This document shows positions 9,601 to 19,288 of a stretch of 64,000 nt of DNA, piece after piece. Position 1 is the stretch's first letter. Each line of letters begins with the position of its first letter. Source of the DNA: an uncultured Bdellovibrionales bacterium (GTDB lineage Bacteria; Patescibacteriota; Minisyncoccia; Moranbacterales; DUUL01); NCBI GenBank assembly GCA_964556685.1, contig CAZKWX010000002.1, forward strand, positions 10,541 to 74,540, in the 5' to 3' direction. Made by a program: the position numbers and the translations under genes. Under the pieces are notes generated by a model. It did not search any database. It was not told where the DNA came from and worked only from the letters and a program-made list of their open reading frames with translations.

Positions 9601-10069
9601 CGGACTTCCTGAACACGGAAAAATTCAGCTGAGAAATGGACAAACCGGCCAACCATTCAGTGAAGAAACCATGGTGGGATATATGTATATTATGAAATTG
9701 AACCACTTGGTGGAAGACAAAATTCACATGCGATCCATTGGTCCATATTCTTTGATTACCCAACAGCCCTTGGGAGGAAAAGCTCAGTTTGGCGGACAGC
9801 GATTTGGAGAAATGGAGGTCTGGGCGCTGGAAGGTCACGGTGCAGCCCACACGCTGCAAGAAATGCTGACCATTAAGTCAGATGATGTTTTAGGTCGATC
9901 GCGGGCCTATGAGTCGATCATCAAGGGTGAGTCAATCAAGCCTCCAACAATTCCAGCGGCTTTCCATGTGCTGGTCAACGAGCTAAAAGCGTTGGCGCTA
10001 GATGTAAAATTGCTCAACGAAAAAGGAGAAGAGGCTCAGCCAGAGGGACCATCAGACGAGAAAAAATAG
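6644..10069 (+). CDS. rpoB: DNA-directed RNA polymerase subunit beta
   Basis: GTFIINGVERVVVSQ, RDVHTSHYGRICP, GDKLAGRHGNKG, GGQRFGEMEVWALE; ATG 6644 taken as start. Confidence 0.98.
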   Translation: MKTAQKNLKVRSAFSSQSSLSKRKFFSKQSMVSLPNLIEPQMKSYEWFMEEGLREILDEVSPIEDFTGKEMELSFGEYYLDEPKYDETTAKEKNISFDAPLRVNASLLIKKTGEVREQEIFLTDFPLMTDRGTFIINGVERVVVSQLIRSPGVFFTADYQKGRKLFGAKVIPNRGAWLEIETDMDGAIWAKIDRKRKVPITSLLRVFGLEKDSKILKTFKKVDSGETSHIRETLEKDPAKTQGEAYKEIYKRLRPGDLATEENAKQMVDSVFFNYERYDFGKVGRYRLNMRLGMDKDEKKEENRLLGQDELIKIIEEIVQLNNNPMSKPDDIDHLGNRRLRGVGELVQAKVRVGLARMVRNIKDRMSTCEVETVVHGQLINPRPVSASIKEFFASSQLSQFMDQVNPLAELEHKRRLSAMGPGGLTRERAGFEVRDVHTSHYGRICPVQTPEGPNIGLVGHLACYASVNDYGFVETPYRVVTKEIEKTEKNKAVGRIMAETVKDSSGKILISKGEKTTEKTAGRIRRSAKKKIKVVPFVTKEIQYLDATVEEKKNIAHAGIEIDEDGNLTGSIVEARVHGEASTIDANDLDHVDVSAKQCISVATALIPFLEHDDANRALMGSNMQRQAVSCVKPQAPLVGTGLEDKAASDSGQVVLAKEDGQVVEVDADHIVIKEAGGKGKKANRRTYALQSFAKSNAFTSMNQVPRVKKGQKIKQGGLLADGASTDHGELALGQNALVAFMPWGGYNYEDAIIISEKLLHQDSYSSIHIEDFSIDVRDTKLGPEVVTRDIPNIGEDRLKNLDETGIIRIGAEVSSGDILIGKVTLKGEGDLTAEERLLRAIFGEKSRDVKDTSLYLPHGKSGKVVDIKIFSREQGDKLPAGVIQQIQISVAQLRKISVGDKLAGRHGNKGVISKIAPVEDMPYLPDGSAVDVILTPLGVPSRMNIGQIFETHLGWAAAQLGYKAASPSLSGVSEQEVKDELKKAGLPEHGKIQLRNGQTGQPFSEETMVGYMYIMKLNHLVEDKIHMRSIGPYSLITQQPLGGKAQFGGQRFGEMEVWALEGHGAAHTLQEMLTIKSDDVLGRSRAYESIIKGESIKPPTIPAAFHVLVNELKALALDVKLLNEKGEEAQPEGPSDEKK

Positions 10070-10112
10070 GATTTAGATTGCTAGAATAATTGTAATCATT
10101 ACGATAAAAATC

Positions 10113-10203
10113 GACAAAGGCAGTATTATTTTCACGCATAAGTTTGCTTCGGGATTGAGTCTTGAAGGTGCAAACTTGGCGAGAAAATAACACCGCCTTT
10201 GTC
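10113..10203 (+). promoter_or_regulatory. Structured leader hairpin upstream of rpoC (copy 2)
   Basis: gacaaaggc/gcctttgtc, ttattttc/gaaaataa, aagtttgc/gcaaactt; shares acgcataagtttgc and ttgaaggtgcaaacttggcga with copy 1. Confidence 0.75.
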
Positions 10204-10244
10204 TCCAAGAATGTATTTTATACAAAATACCTAACACTAACCCT

Positions 10245-13200
10245 ATGCAACAAGAAGGTATCACCAAAATTTCTGATTTTAACGCTGTGCAATTGAAAGT
10301 CGCTTCACCCGATACAATTTTAGATTGGTCCAATGGCGAAATTCTGCGACCTGAAACAATCAACTATCGAACTCAACGTTTTGAAAAGGACGGGCTTTTC
10401 TGTGAAAAGATTTTTGGTCCAGCCAAAGACTGGGAATGTTATTGTGGAAAGTATAAAAGGATTCGTTATAAAGGTATTGTTTGTGACAAATGTGGCGTGG
10501 AAGTGACCAAGTCAATTGTGCGAAGAGAACGTATGGGCCATATTGGTTTGGCCGTGCCAGTCTCTCACATCTGGTTTTTGAGAGGCGTGCCCTCAAGAAT
10601 TGGATTGACTTTGGACATGTCGATACAGGAACTGGAAAAAGTGATCTATTTTGCCGGTTATATTATTATTTCTGTCGACGAGGAAGCTCGAAAAGAGTCA
10701 CTCAAGAGTTTGGAGAAAGAAAAAAAAGTCGCACTGAAAGAAGCTGAAAGCACAGCAGAAAAGGAAAGAATCAAAAAAACTTTTCAGGAATCCAAAGACG
10801 GACTTCGCGGTCTGGCCGAAAAGCAAACGCTTTCAGAAGTGGATTATCACAAAGTTTCAATGAAATTTGGTCACGTTTTTGAAGCTTCCATTGGAGCTGA
10901 AGCAATTGAAAAGCTGCTCAAAGAAGTTGATTTGAAAAAAGAAATCAGAAAGATCAAAGATAAAATGGAAAAAGGCAAAGGAGCGGACAAGAAAAGGCTA
11001 GCTAAACGACTCAAGCTGATGTCTGGATTTGTTAAGTCAGGAATTAATCCAAGCTGGCTGATGCTCAGAGTGGTGCCAGTGATTCCTCCTGATTTGCGAC
11101 CAATGGTGCAACTCAATGGAGGTCGTTTTGCTACATCTGACCTCAATGACCTTTATCGAAGAATTATCAATCGAAACAATCGATTGAAAAAACTGATTGA
11201 ATTGGGCGCTCCAGAAGTTATTCAAAGAAATGAGAAAAGAATGCTTCAGGAAGCGGTGGACGCATTGATTGACAACAATGCTCGAAGAAGTCAGGCCCAA
11301 GTGGCGGCTTCCACTGGACAGCGAAGAGCTCTCAAATCTGTCTCTGATATGCTCAAAGGAAAGCAGGGACGTTTTCGACAAAACCTTTTGGGTAAACGCG
11401 TTGACTATTCCGGTCGAAGTGTGATTGTAGTAGGGCCAGAATTGAAACTTCACCAGTGCGGAATTCCTAAGAAAATGGCTTTGGAATTGTTCAAGCCTTT
11501 CATTATCAATAAGTTGATTGAAGGAGAACATGCTCACAATGTTCGAACAGCCGGTCGGATGGTGGATGCGGAAAAGGAAGAGGCCTATGAAATGTTGGAT
11601 GACATCATTGATCATCACTATGTGTTGCTCAATCGTGCCCCGACTCTTCACCGACTCTCTATTCAAGCTTTTCAGCCGGTGCTGATTGAGGGGAAAGCTA
11701 TCCGAATTCATCCTTTAGTATGTTCAGCTTTTAATGCTGACTTCGATGGTGACCAAATGGCGGTTCATGTTCCGCTGACTAGGAAGGCGCGATTGGAAAG
11801 CGCTGAGTTAATGCTTTCTTCTAGGAACTTGCTCAAGCCTGCCAGTGGTGATCCAATCACAGTTCCATCTCAAGACATTGTGTTGGGAGTATACTACATG
11901 ACCAAAGCGATTGATGGTCTCAAAGGAGAAGGAAAAGCCTTCGGAAACATTGATGAAATAATTGGAGCCTATCAAATGGAGCTGATTGATTTGCGTGCCA
12001 AGATCAGGCTATATCGGAACAGCAAGGAAGTTGAAACTACAGCTGGTCGAGCACTTTTGAATGACATTTTGCCTGAAAAAATGCGCTACATCAACGAAGA
12101 GATGACCAAGGGAAGTCTCAAAAAATTGGTAGCGGAATTTTTACAAACAGGTGGAACTGAAAAAGCAGCCATTTTCGTTGATAAACTGAAAGCTCTTGGA
12201 TTCAAATATATTACTCGATCTGGAATCAGTTTGGGTATGGATGATTTCGAAGAGCCTAAAGACAAACATAAGATTTTTGAAGAAGCTGACAAACAAGTGG
12301 AAGAAATTCATAATCAATACGATGCCGGACTTTTGACTGACGAAGAACGAAAAACACGCGTAATTGAAATTTGGAATGAAACTAAGAATAAAGTTACTGA
12401 AGAGGTAAAACGGGCAATTAATCCTGGAGGACCAATTCATGCCATGATCCATTCCAAAGCTCGCGGTTCTGAGGCAGTGGTGGTGCAAATGTCTGGAATG
12501 AAAGGATTGGTGGCGGGTCCAACTGGTGAAACAATTGAACTTCCAATCAAAGGATCTTTGAAAGGTGGCTATAATGTTTTGGAATATTTCAGCTCAACTC
12601 ACGGTGCTCGAAAAGGTATGGCTGACACGGCTTTGAGAACAGCGACTGCTGGATATCTTACTCGAAGGTTGGTGGATGTGAGTCAGGATGTAGTGATTCG
12701 AGAAGAAGATTGCAAAGACAAAGAAGGTGCCTATATTTATCGACAAGACTCAGAGCAAATTGGACAAAGTTTCACTGATCGAATCGAAGGTCGAGTAGTA
12801 GTCGAAGATGTGATGTTGCCTCACGGCAAAAAACCACTGGTTGGAAAAGGAGAGATGATTTCTATTGAGCAAGCTGCAATGATTGAGGAAAAAGAAGTTG
12901 AAAAGATTAAGATCAGAAACTTGGTGACTTGCAAAACCAAACGAGGAATTTGCCAGAAATGCTATGGAAAAGATTTGGGACGCAATGACACAGTGGCCCT
13001 TGGTCAAGCGGTGGGAATTGTGGCCGCTCAAGCGATTGGTGAGCCAGGAACACAGCTGACCATGCGTACCTTCCACATTGGCGGTGTGGCCGGAACTGAC
13101 ATTACTCAGGGTCTTCCTCGAGTAGATGAAATCTTCGAAGCCCGAAGCCCGAAAGGTGAAGCGGTGGTGGCTGAATTTGATGGAAAAGTTGAAGAAGTGG

Positions 13201-13841
13201 AAGAAAATACTAAGCAGAAGATTATCAAAATTTCCAAGCCGCCTCAAGGTCGATCAAAGAAAATTGACATCAAGGAATATACAATTCCAGCTGTGATGAA
13301 TGTTAAAGTTAACAAAGGAGATTTGATTTCTCAAGGAGATGTGCTCTCTGAAGGACATATCGATTTGAAAAAGCTGTTCAAGATTAGTGGTCGGGAAGCT
13401 GTGCAGCGATATATCATTCGTGAAGTTCAAGAAATTTATCAAACTCAGGGAGAGGGGATTGATGATAAACACATTGAAATCATCATTCGACAAATGATTT
13501 CTCGGGTGACCATTTCAGAGCCAGGCGACACGGAGTTCCTTAACGGTGACATTGTAGAATATGAAAAATTCATGGAAGTTAATGAAGAGACCAAGAAAAC
13601 TAATAAGCAAGAAGCAGTGGGTGAACGGATGGTTTTGGGAATTTCAAAAGTGGCTCTTTCGACTGACAGTTTCCTTTCTGCCGCTTCTTTTCAAGAAACC
13701 GCTCGAGTTTTGATTGATGCTTCAACTCAAGGCAAAGTGGATCACCTAAGAGGGTTGAAAGAAAATGTGATTATTGGAAAGCTGATCCCGGCTGGAACTG
13801 GCTATGCAAGATCAACTGTTTTGGAGTCAAAAAAAGAATAG
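10245..13841 (+). CDS. rpoC: DNA-directed RNA polymerase subunit beta'
   Basis: Zn-finger CYCGKYK...CDKC, catalytic NADFDGD, GEPGTQLTMRTFH. Confidence 0.99.
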   Translation: MQQEGITKISDFNAVQLKVASPDTILDWSNGEILRPETINYRTQRFEKDGLFCEKIFGPAKDWECYCGKYKRIRYKGIVCDKCGVEVTKSIVRRERMGHIGLAVPVSHIWFLRGVPSRIGLTLDMSIQELEKVIYFAGYIIISVDEEARKESLKSLEKEKKVALKEAESTAEKERIKKTFQESKDGLRGLAEKQTLSEVDYHKVSMKFGHVFEASIGAEAIEKLLKEVDLKKEIRKIKDKMEKGKGADKKRLAKRLKLMSGFVKSGINPSWLMLRVVPVIPPDLRPMVQLNGGRFATSDLNDLYRRIINRNNRLKKLIELGAPEVIQRNEKRMLQEAVDALIDNNARRSQAQVAASTGQRRALKSVSDMLKGKQGRFRQNLLGKRVDYSGRSVIVVGPELKLHQCGIPKKMALELFKPFIINKLIEGEHAHNVRTAGRMVDAEKEEAYEMLDDIIDHHYVLLNRAPTLHRLSIQAFQPVLIEGKAIRIHPLVCSAFNADFDGDQMAVHVPLTRKARLESAELMLSSRNLLKPASGDPITVPSQDIVLGVYYMTKAIDGLKGEGKAFGNIDEIIGAYQMELIDLRAKIRLYRNSKEVETTAGRALLNDILPEKMRYINEEMTKGSLKKLVAEFLQTGGTEKAAIFVDKLKALGFKYITRSGISLGMDDFEEPKDKHKIFEEADKQVEEIHNQYDAGLLTDEERKTRVIEIWNETKNKVTEEVKRAINPGGPIHAMIHSKARGSEAVVVQMSGMKGLVAGPTGETIELPIKGSLKGGYNVLEYFSSTHGARKGMADTALRTATAGYLTRRLVDVSQDVVIREEDCKDKEGAYIYRQDSEQIGQSFTDRIEGRVVVEDVMLPHGKKPLVGKGEMISIEQAAMIEEKEVEKIKIRNLVTCKTKRGICQKCYGKDLGRNDTVALGQAVGIVAAQAIGEPGTQLTMRTFHIGGVAGTDITQGLPRVDEIFEARSPKGEAVVAEFDGKVEEVEENTKQKIIKISKPPQGRSKKIDIKEYTIPAVMNVKVNKGDLISQGDVLSEGHIDLKKLFKISGREAVQRYIIREVQEIYQTQGEGIDDKHIEIIIRQMISRVTISEPGDTEFLNGDIVEYEKFMEVNEETKKTNKQEAVGERMVLGISKVALSTDSFLSAASFQETARVLIDASTQGKVDHLRGLKENVIIGKLIPAGTGYARSTVLESKKE

Positions 13842-13852
13842 AAAATTTCTTA

Positions 13853-13888
13853 TAACAAAAAATCCCGCATCGGCGGGGTTTTTTGTTG
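13853..13888. terminator. Bidirectional intrinsic terminator between rpoC and rpsT
   Basis: aacaaaaaatcccgc-atcg-gcggggttttttgtt. Confidence 0.8.
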
Positions 13889-13962
13889 TAGTCAACCACC
13901 CCTGCGATCCCGCTTGGCGGGATCTTTCCCCTCCTTTCCAAGGAGGGGATTAAGGGGAGGTC

Positions 13963-14238
13963 CTATTTCTTTTTTGTGTCCATTTTCTTAATCTTGTTAA
14001 CTAGACGGGATTTTTTTCGAGCGGCAGCGTTCTTTTTGATTACTTTAGCCTTAGCAGCCTTATCGAGAGCTTTTTGTGCTTCCTTGAAAGTTTCCTGGGC
14101 TTCTTTTTTCTTTCCTGCTTTGGTCAAATCTTCAACTTTTCGAACAGCAGCGCGAAACGCTTTTTTATAGGCGTTGTTTCGCGAAGTGTTCTTGGCAGTC
14201 ACTTTGATGTATTTCTTGGCTGATTTGGTGTTTGGCAT
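13963..14238 (-). CDS. rpsT: 30S ribosomal protein S20
   Basis: MPNTKSAKK start, LDKAAKAKVIKKNAAARKKSRL. Confidence 0.96.
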   Translation of the reverse strand: MPNTKSAKKYIKVTAKNTSRNNAYKKAFRAAVRKVEDLTKAGKKKEAQETFKEAQKALDKAAKAKVIKKNAAARKKSRLVNKIKKMDTKKK

Positions 14239-14605
14239 TTCTCTACTAATTATGAATTTCGTACGAATATACGAATGTACGAATATCGCATAAAATATAG
14301 AATAAGTTATAGAATCTATTTAAAACTATCAATCAATCTAGCATGGACTAGCGAATTTGTAAAGCGCATAGCGCTGGTATTACGTATAAAGTATTAGGTA
14401 TTATGTATACAATGAATTAGCGAGATTTAATATTTTCCTTTATACTTAATGTGTGTTTGGACTGATGAAATAATCATTTTTTTGCTGAATTTCGAAACCT
14501 TATTATTCTTCAAGCTGGTTTCTCAATTGTTGCTCAAAAATAATTATTCCATCAGCGTTGAGTTTTTATACTTAATACATGATACGTTATACATAATACA
14601 TAGCA

Positions 14606-15175
14606 ATGATTGGCAAACTGAAAGGGAAAATTGATTTAATTTATGATGGATACGTCATTATAGACGTAAGCGGTGTTGGCTATCGAGTTTTTATGACGGA
14701 TGTTTCGTTGGGGAAAATTGCTAAGAAAGACGAAATAAAGTTATTCATACATACTAACGTGCGAGAAGATCACATCACGCTTTATGGTTTTGAAAAAGCC
14801 GATGAATTGGAAATATTTGAACTATTGCTTTCCATTTCAGGTGTGGGACCCAAAGCCGGCTTAGGAATTCTTTCCATTGCCACTCCGGCTACAATCAAAA
14901 ATGCTATTTTGAAAGAAGATTCAACGATATTAACCAAAGTTTCTGGGATTGGGAAGAAAACCGCCGAAAGAGTTATTCTGGAACTGAGAAATAAAATTGA
15001 AGATCTTCCCATCAAGGATAAAAAAGAGGCTCAAACGGGCCAAGATGTGGTCGAAGCACTAATGGGCATGGGCTATTCTGCTGCTGAAGCCCGAGAAGCG
15101 CTCAGAGCAGTTCCCAAGGATGTGGACGATGAATCAGAAAAAATTAAATTTGCCTTGAAGGCCATGAAGAAGTAA
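14606..15175 (+). CDS. ruvA: Holliday junction branch migration protein RuvA
   Basis: MIGKLKG, GVGY, VREDHITLYGF, ISGVGPK, GIGKKTAERVILEL. Confidence 0.97.
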   Translation: MIGKLKGKIDLIYDGYVIIDVSGVGYRVFMTDVSLGKIAKKDEIKLFIHTNVREDHITLYGFEKADELEIFELLLSISGVGPKAGLGILSIATPATIKNAILKEDSTILTKVSGIGKKTAERVILELRNKIEDLPIKDKKEAQTGQDVVEALMGMGYSAAEAREALRAVPKDVDDESEKIKFALKAMKK

Positions 15176-15252
15176 AATAGTATCTAGTATCCTGTATTAT
15201 GTATGAATTCGTCTAAGGGCGATTTTTTTGTTTGAAAAATAATAGGCGACTT

Positions 15253-15666
15253 TCATGATAGGAGAGTCGCCTGAAGGTTGGTTAGTTGAAGTTTTTCAAA
15301 CCTATTCCTCATCCTGAGAACACTTGCGAAATGATGCCCTGTCATTCGACGGATTTCCTTTACAATTTCGGCATGGCGAATTCCCGCCTTGATAAGATCG
15401 GGATGCATAGCTGCACCAGGAACAAGTCTGTGTTTTGATTGGTTTTTTTTCTGAATTTTGAAACATTTTTCCTCCAAGTGTTACCGACTATAGTACTCCA
15501 ATCTGTGATTAAGTTTTTCTTTCCAAGAAAGAGATTCCCACCAATGCCTACTAATCTCCCAGGGCTTAATGAGGTTAACATAACCATCACCAAGTTTACA
15601 CAGAAATATCAAAACCTGAAGACCAATGAAAAACCAACATGTTCCAAGAAAAAATTTTTCAAACAT
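15253..15666 (-). pseudogene. Hypothetical gene interrupted by an in-frame TAA at 15481-15483
   Basis: ORFs 15481-15666 and 15253-15477 share a frame; SD AAAGGAGG precedes ATG 15666. Confidence 0.5.
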
Positions 15667-15789
15667 TTAATCTTCCTCCTTTATTGGTTAATTATTGTTC
15701 AAATCTGATTTTAAAAGACCTATGAATCTTATTTACTATTTGAAAATATTTAAATTCTTTTTATTTTTTTACGCAACGTTAATTAAGAT

Positions 15790-16239
15790 TCAAGAATTTT
15801 CTGGTGGCTTATTGCCATGCCTATCTCGATATTTTAATAAGTTTGACTGGCTAACTAAGCTGATAGAGTCTAAGTCAATATCTTGCAAGTTGACCCACTT
15901 AATTTCATCAATTTTATGTGGTTCCATTACTTTCGGTTCGCCAGATACATATTTAGCCACATATGATGGCGCTACCCAATGTTGTTTCTCGTCTGGTATG
16001 AGATGATCAGCCACCTCGATGAGTTCAAGCACCTCAATGTCAATATCAAACTCTTCTTTAATCTCACGCTTAAGTCCATCTTCACATTTTTCATTAAAAT
16101 TCAACGAACCACCAGGGAATTCCCATTTGCCTTTTTCATTTCTTGCATCGCGACCTCTTTTAGCAAGTAGAATCTTACCTTCATTATTAAAGACAATGGC
16201 TCCAACTCCGACACCAATGTAATCTACTCCTTTTAGCAT
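15790..16239 (-). CDS. NUDIX hydrolase
   Basis: Nudix box WEFPGG...E..EDGLKREIKEEFDI. Confidence 0.9.
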   Translation of the reverse strand: MLKGVDYIGVGVGAIVFNNEGKILLAKRGRDARNEKGKWEFPGGSLNFNEKCEDGLKREIKEEFDIDIEVLELIEVADHLIPDEKQHWVAPSYVAKYVSGEPKVMEPHKIDEIKWVNLQDIDLDSISLVSQSNLLKYRDRHGNKPPENS

Positions 16240-16370
16240 AAATGTAGTTTAGCGTATAAAAAATTTATAAATTTTAGCTAGCATTTTAAAATGTCTGAAA
16301 ATATGCTAATTTTATTTAAGAAGCGGTATTTTCATTATAGCAGTGCAAAAGTGGTTTAAGCAACAATTTT

Positions 16371-17483
16371 ATGAATGATCTGGAGAAATTTTTAGCAGAA
16401 AATACAGTTGATGGAGGTTTTTTGCAATCGGAACACTGGGCCAAGTTTAAAAAAGAAACGGGTGCAGGGGTTTTTGAGTTTGGAGATAATAAAAGTTTCC
16501 GAGCGCTGGTGATTGAGCACAAGCTTCCATTAGTGGGGAAGTATTGGTTTGTGCCACGCGGCCCCATAGTCTCGGCTAAAGCCGAGAAAATCCGAAATTC
16601 GAAATTCGAAGCTCCAAATAAATCCGAAATTTTAAATTCCAAATTGGAAAAAGAATTACATAATGTATTAAGTAAAGTATTATATAAGGCAAAAGAGAAT
16701 AAGATTGGGTGGATTAGAGTTGAAACGCAGAGGGGAAAGGATCTAAGAAAAATAAAAAATACAATCGAGAAGGTTAAAACTGAAAATCCCCCTCAGTCCC
16801 CCTTTTCCAAAGGGGGAGGAAAAATAGTGAAGGCGAAGAAGAATCATCAGCCGGCGCAAGTGATTATAATGGACTTAGCTGGAAGCGAGGAAGAAATTTT
16901 GAAAGACATGAAGTCGAAGACTCGCTATAACATCAGACTGAGCCAGAAAAAGGGCGTGGAAGTTTTTGAGACTAGAAAAAAAGAAGACATTGAAGTTTTC
17001 TGCGATTTGTTGGAAGAAACGGCCAAACGAGAAAAGATCACCAATCATCCCCGAAGACACTACCATGACTTGTTAAATAAAATAGACAAAAATTTTACAA
17101 AATTATACATAGCAAAATATGAAGAAAAAATTCTCTCTGGCGCAATAGTCAGTTATTATGGAAACGTAGCCGCCTATCTTCACGGAGCATCAAGTGATGA
17201 GCATCGGAACGTTATGTCGCCGTTTGATTTGCATTGGAAGATTATTCAAGATTCTAAGGCCAGAGGTTTTGAAAAATACGATCTCGGCGGAGTAAAACTA
17301 ATAGAAAAAGAAGACAAGTGGACACCAAAGGAAGGATCCTGGCAAGGCATCAGCCGGTTTAAGCTGGGATTTTGTCCCAAGTGCCAGCCAGTCGAATTTC
17401 CAGGCTGTTGGGATGTTATTTTGAATCTAGCTAAATATAGGCTGTATAAAATTCTGCAAGCGATCAAAGATTTGAGAAAGTAA
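16371..17483 (+). CDS. FemABX-family peptidoglycan bridge aminoacyltransferase
   Basis: FLQSEHW, PRGP, MKSKTRYNIRLS, YLHGASS, YDLGG, FKLGF; contains repeat-derived in-frame inserts. Confidence 0.9.
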   Translation: MNDLEKFLAENTVDGGFLQSEHWAKFKKETGAGVFEFGDNKSFRALVIEHKLPLVGKYWFVPRGPIVSAKAEKIRNSKFEAPNKSEILNSKLEKELHNVLSKVLYKAKENKIGWIRVETQRGKDLRKIKNTIEKVKTENPPQSPFSKGGGKIVKAKKNHQPAQVIIMDLAGSEEEILKDMKSKTRYNIRLSQKKGVEVFETRKKEDIEVFCDLLEETAKREKITNHPRRHYHDLLNKIDKNFTKLYIAKYEEKILSGAIVSYYGNVAAYLHGASSDEHRNVMSPFDLHWKIIQDSKARGFEKYDLGGVKLIEKEDKWTPKEGSWQGISRFKLGFCPKCQPVEFPGCWDVILNLAKYRLYKILQAIKDLRK

Positions 17484-17496
17484 GATATCTTCCAAC

Positions 17497-17598
17497 TGTT
17501 ATTTCGACCAAAGTGAATCCAAAGAATAAGCGTAGTGGAGAAATCTCATGAATGTCGACAAGATCCCTCCACTTCGCTGTGCTTCGGTCGGGATGACA
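17497..17598. repeat. REP-like TGT(C/T)AT...ATGACA composite hairpin
   Basis: tgttatttcgacc ... ggtcgggatgaca outer arms; gtggagaaatct/agatccctccac inner arms. Confidence 0.7.
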
Positions 17599-17637
17599 GA
17601 AAGAAGCAGGATGATATTTAAGAGTAAGGTAAAAAAT

Positions 17638-19074
17638 ATGAAAGATCTGATCCCGCAAAAATTGAAGAATGTTTATCATCTTTTCCGCTCAATGCTAGCA
17701 GTGGTTTGGTTTCGGTTTCCGGCTAGGAAGATCAAGGTAATTGGAGTGACGGGAACTAATGGAAAAACTACAGTGGTGCAGATGGCGGCCGGAATTTTGG
17801 AGGAAGCTGGTTACAAGGTAGCTGTTTCTTCAACTATTAATTTCAAGATCGGGAAGGAAGAATGGGTGAATAGAACAAAATTCACTACACTTTCCGGTTG
17901 GCACACTCAAAGGTTCATTCGAAAAGCGGTTAATGCCGGATGTGATTATTTGGTTTTGGAAGTGGCTTCGCATGCATTGGACCAAAACAGGTTGTGGGGA
18001 ATAGACTTCGATGTAGCGGTGATCACTAATGTGACTCGGGAACATTTAGACTATCACAAGACGATGGAAGAGTATCGAGAGGCGAAGAAAAAAATATTTA
18101 AGATGCTGAAACCAAAAGGCGTGGCGGTGGTTAATTTGGATATGAGTAAACCGGAAGAATTTATTGAGGTAAGTGAAGGGGCTAAAGTCTATGGGTACAG
18201 CCTGAAGAAAGCGATAGGTAAAAAAATAACAAGCAACAAATTACAAGTTCCAAATAAATTACAAATGATAAAAGCTGAAAATATTAAATTAAATTTAAAT
18301 GAAACCGGTTTTCGGGTTGATGATATTGATTTTAATTTGAATCTTTCTGGTGACTTCAATATCGAGAACGCATTGGCGGCGGTTTGTGTTGGGCTATCGC
18401 AAGGAATAAATTTGGAAACTGCTAGTGCGGCGCTGAGCAAAATAGAAAAGATTCCCGGTCGAATGGATTATGTGGAAAATGATCGAGGGTTGAAGATAAT
18501 TATTGATTATGCACTGACACCGGACTCGATGGAGAAGCTAGGAAAGTTGATTTCCGATTTGCTATTGTCAATTTCCAATTTAAATAGAGGCAAAAGTAAA
18601 AGTTTATACAATCGTAAATCGCAGATAATAAATCGTAAATTGATCTGGGTTTTTGGAGCTTGTGGAGAAAGAGACAGAGGGAAGAGGCCGATTATGGGAG
18701 AAATTGTTTCAAGATATGCTGACTATGTGATTGTTACAAATGAAGATCCCTATGGAGAAGAGCCAGAGAGGATTATCAATGAAGTGTTTTCCGGTGTAGT
18801 TAATAAAAAAGTAAGTGGCAGTTTACCCAATTATCAATTATCAATGATCAATGATCAATCAGCAGATGAAAATAAATCGAAAGTGATGGTGGAAGGAAAA
18901 AATGCTTTTAGGATAATGGATCGGGAAGAGGCAATAAAAAAAGCGCTCGAATTGGCGCAAGAGGGTGATATCATTTTGATAACTGGCAAAGGAGCAGAGG
19001 AAATTATGGCAGTGGGCAAAAAAAGAATCAGATGGAACGACCGAAGAGTGGTAGAAGAATTATTGAAGGTCTAG
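17638..19074 (+). CDS. murE: UDP-N-acetylmuramoyl-tripeptide synthetase (Mur ligase MurE)
   Basis: GVTGTNGKTT, LEVASHALDQ, TNVTREHLDYH, IPGRM, DYA, GERDRGKRPIMG, GKG; three repeat-derived inserts. Confidence 0.9.
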   Translation: MKDLIPQKLKNVYHLFRSMLAVVWFRFPARKIKVIGVTGTNGKTTVVQMAAGILEEAGYKVAVSSTINFKIGKEEWVNRTKFTTLSGWHTQRFIRKAVNAGCDYLVLEVASHALDQNRLWGIDFDVAVITNVTREHLDYHKTMEEYREAKKKIFKMLKPKGVAVVNLDMSKPEEFIEVSEGAKVYGYSLKKAIGKKITSNKLQVPNKLQMIKAENIKLNLNETGFRVDDIDFNLNLSGDFNIENALAAVCVGLSQGINLETASAALSKIEKIPGRMDYVENDRGLKIIIDYALTPDSMEKLGKLISDLLLSISNLNRGKSKSLYNRKSQIINRKLIWVFGACGERDRGKRPIMGEIVSRYADYVIVTNEDPYGEEPERIINEVFSGVVNKKVSGSLPNYQLSMINDQSADENKSKVMVEGKNAFRIMDREEAIKKALELAQEGDIILITGKGAEEIMAVGKKRIRWNDRRVVEELLKV

Positions 19075-19288
19075 CAAGAAAATTTAACCCGTATTACTAC
19101 AGTATACTAGTAAACTGTAGTAATATAGGAAAAACAGGTTTAAGTTACAAACTCAAACCTACGAAGTCTAGTACGAGTTATTTCTCCAGTATTCCAGTAT
19201 ACTGGAGAGTACAAAAAAACAGACTCAACTGTAAGAGATTGAATCTGCTGTAAGACTCATACATAATGACTATGAGAAAATAACTGAT

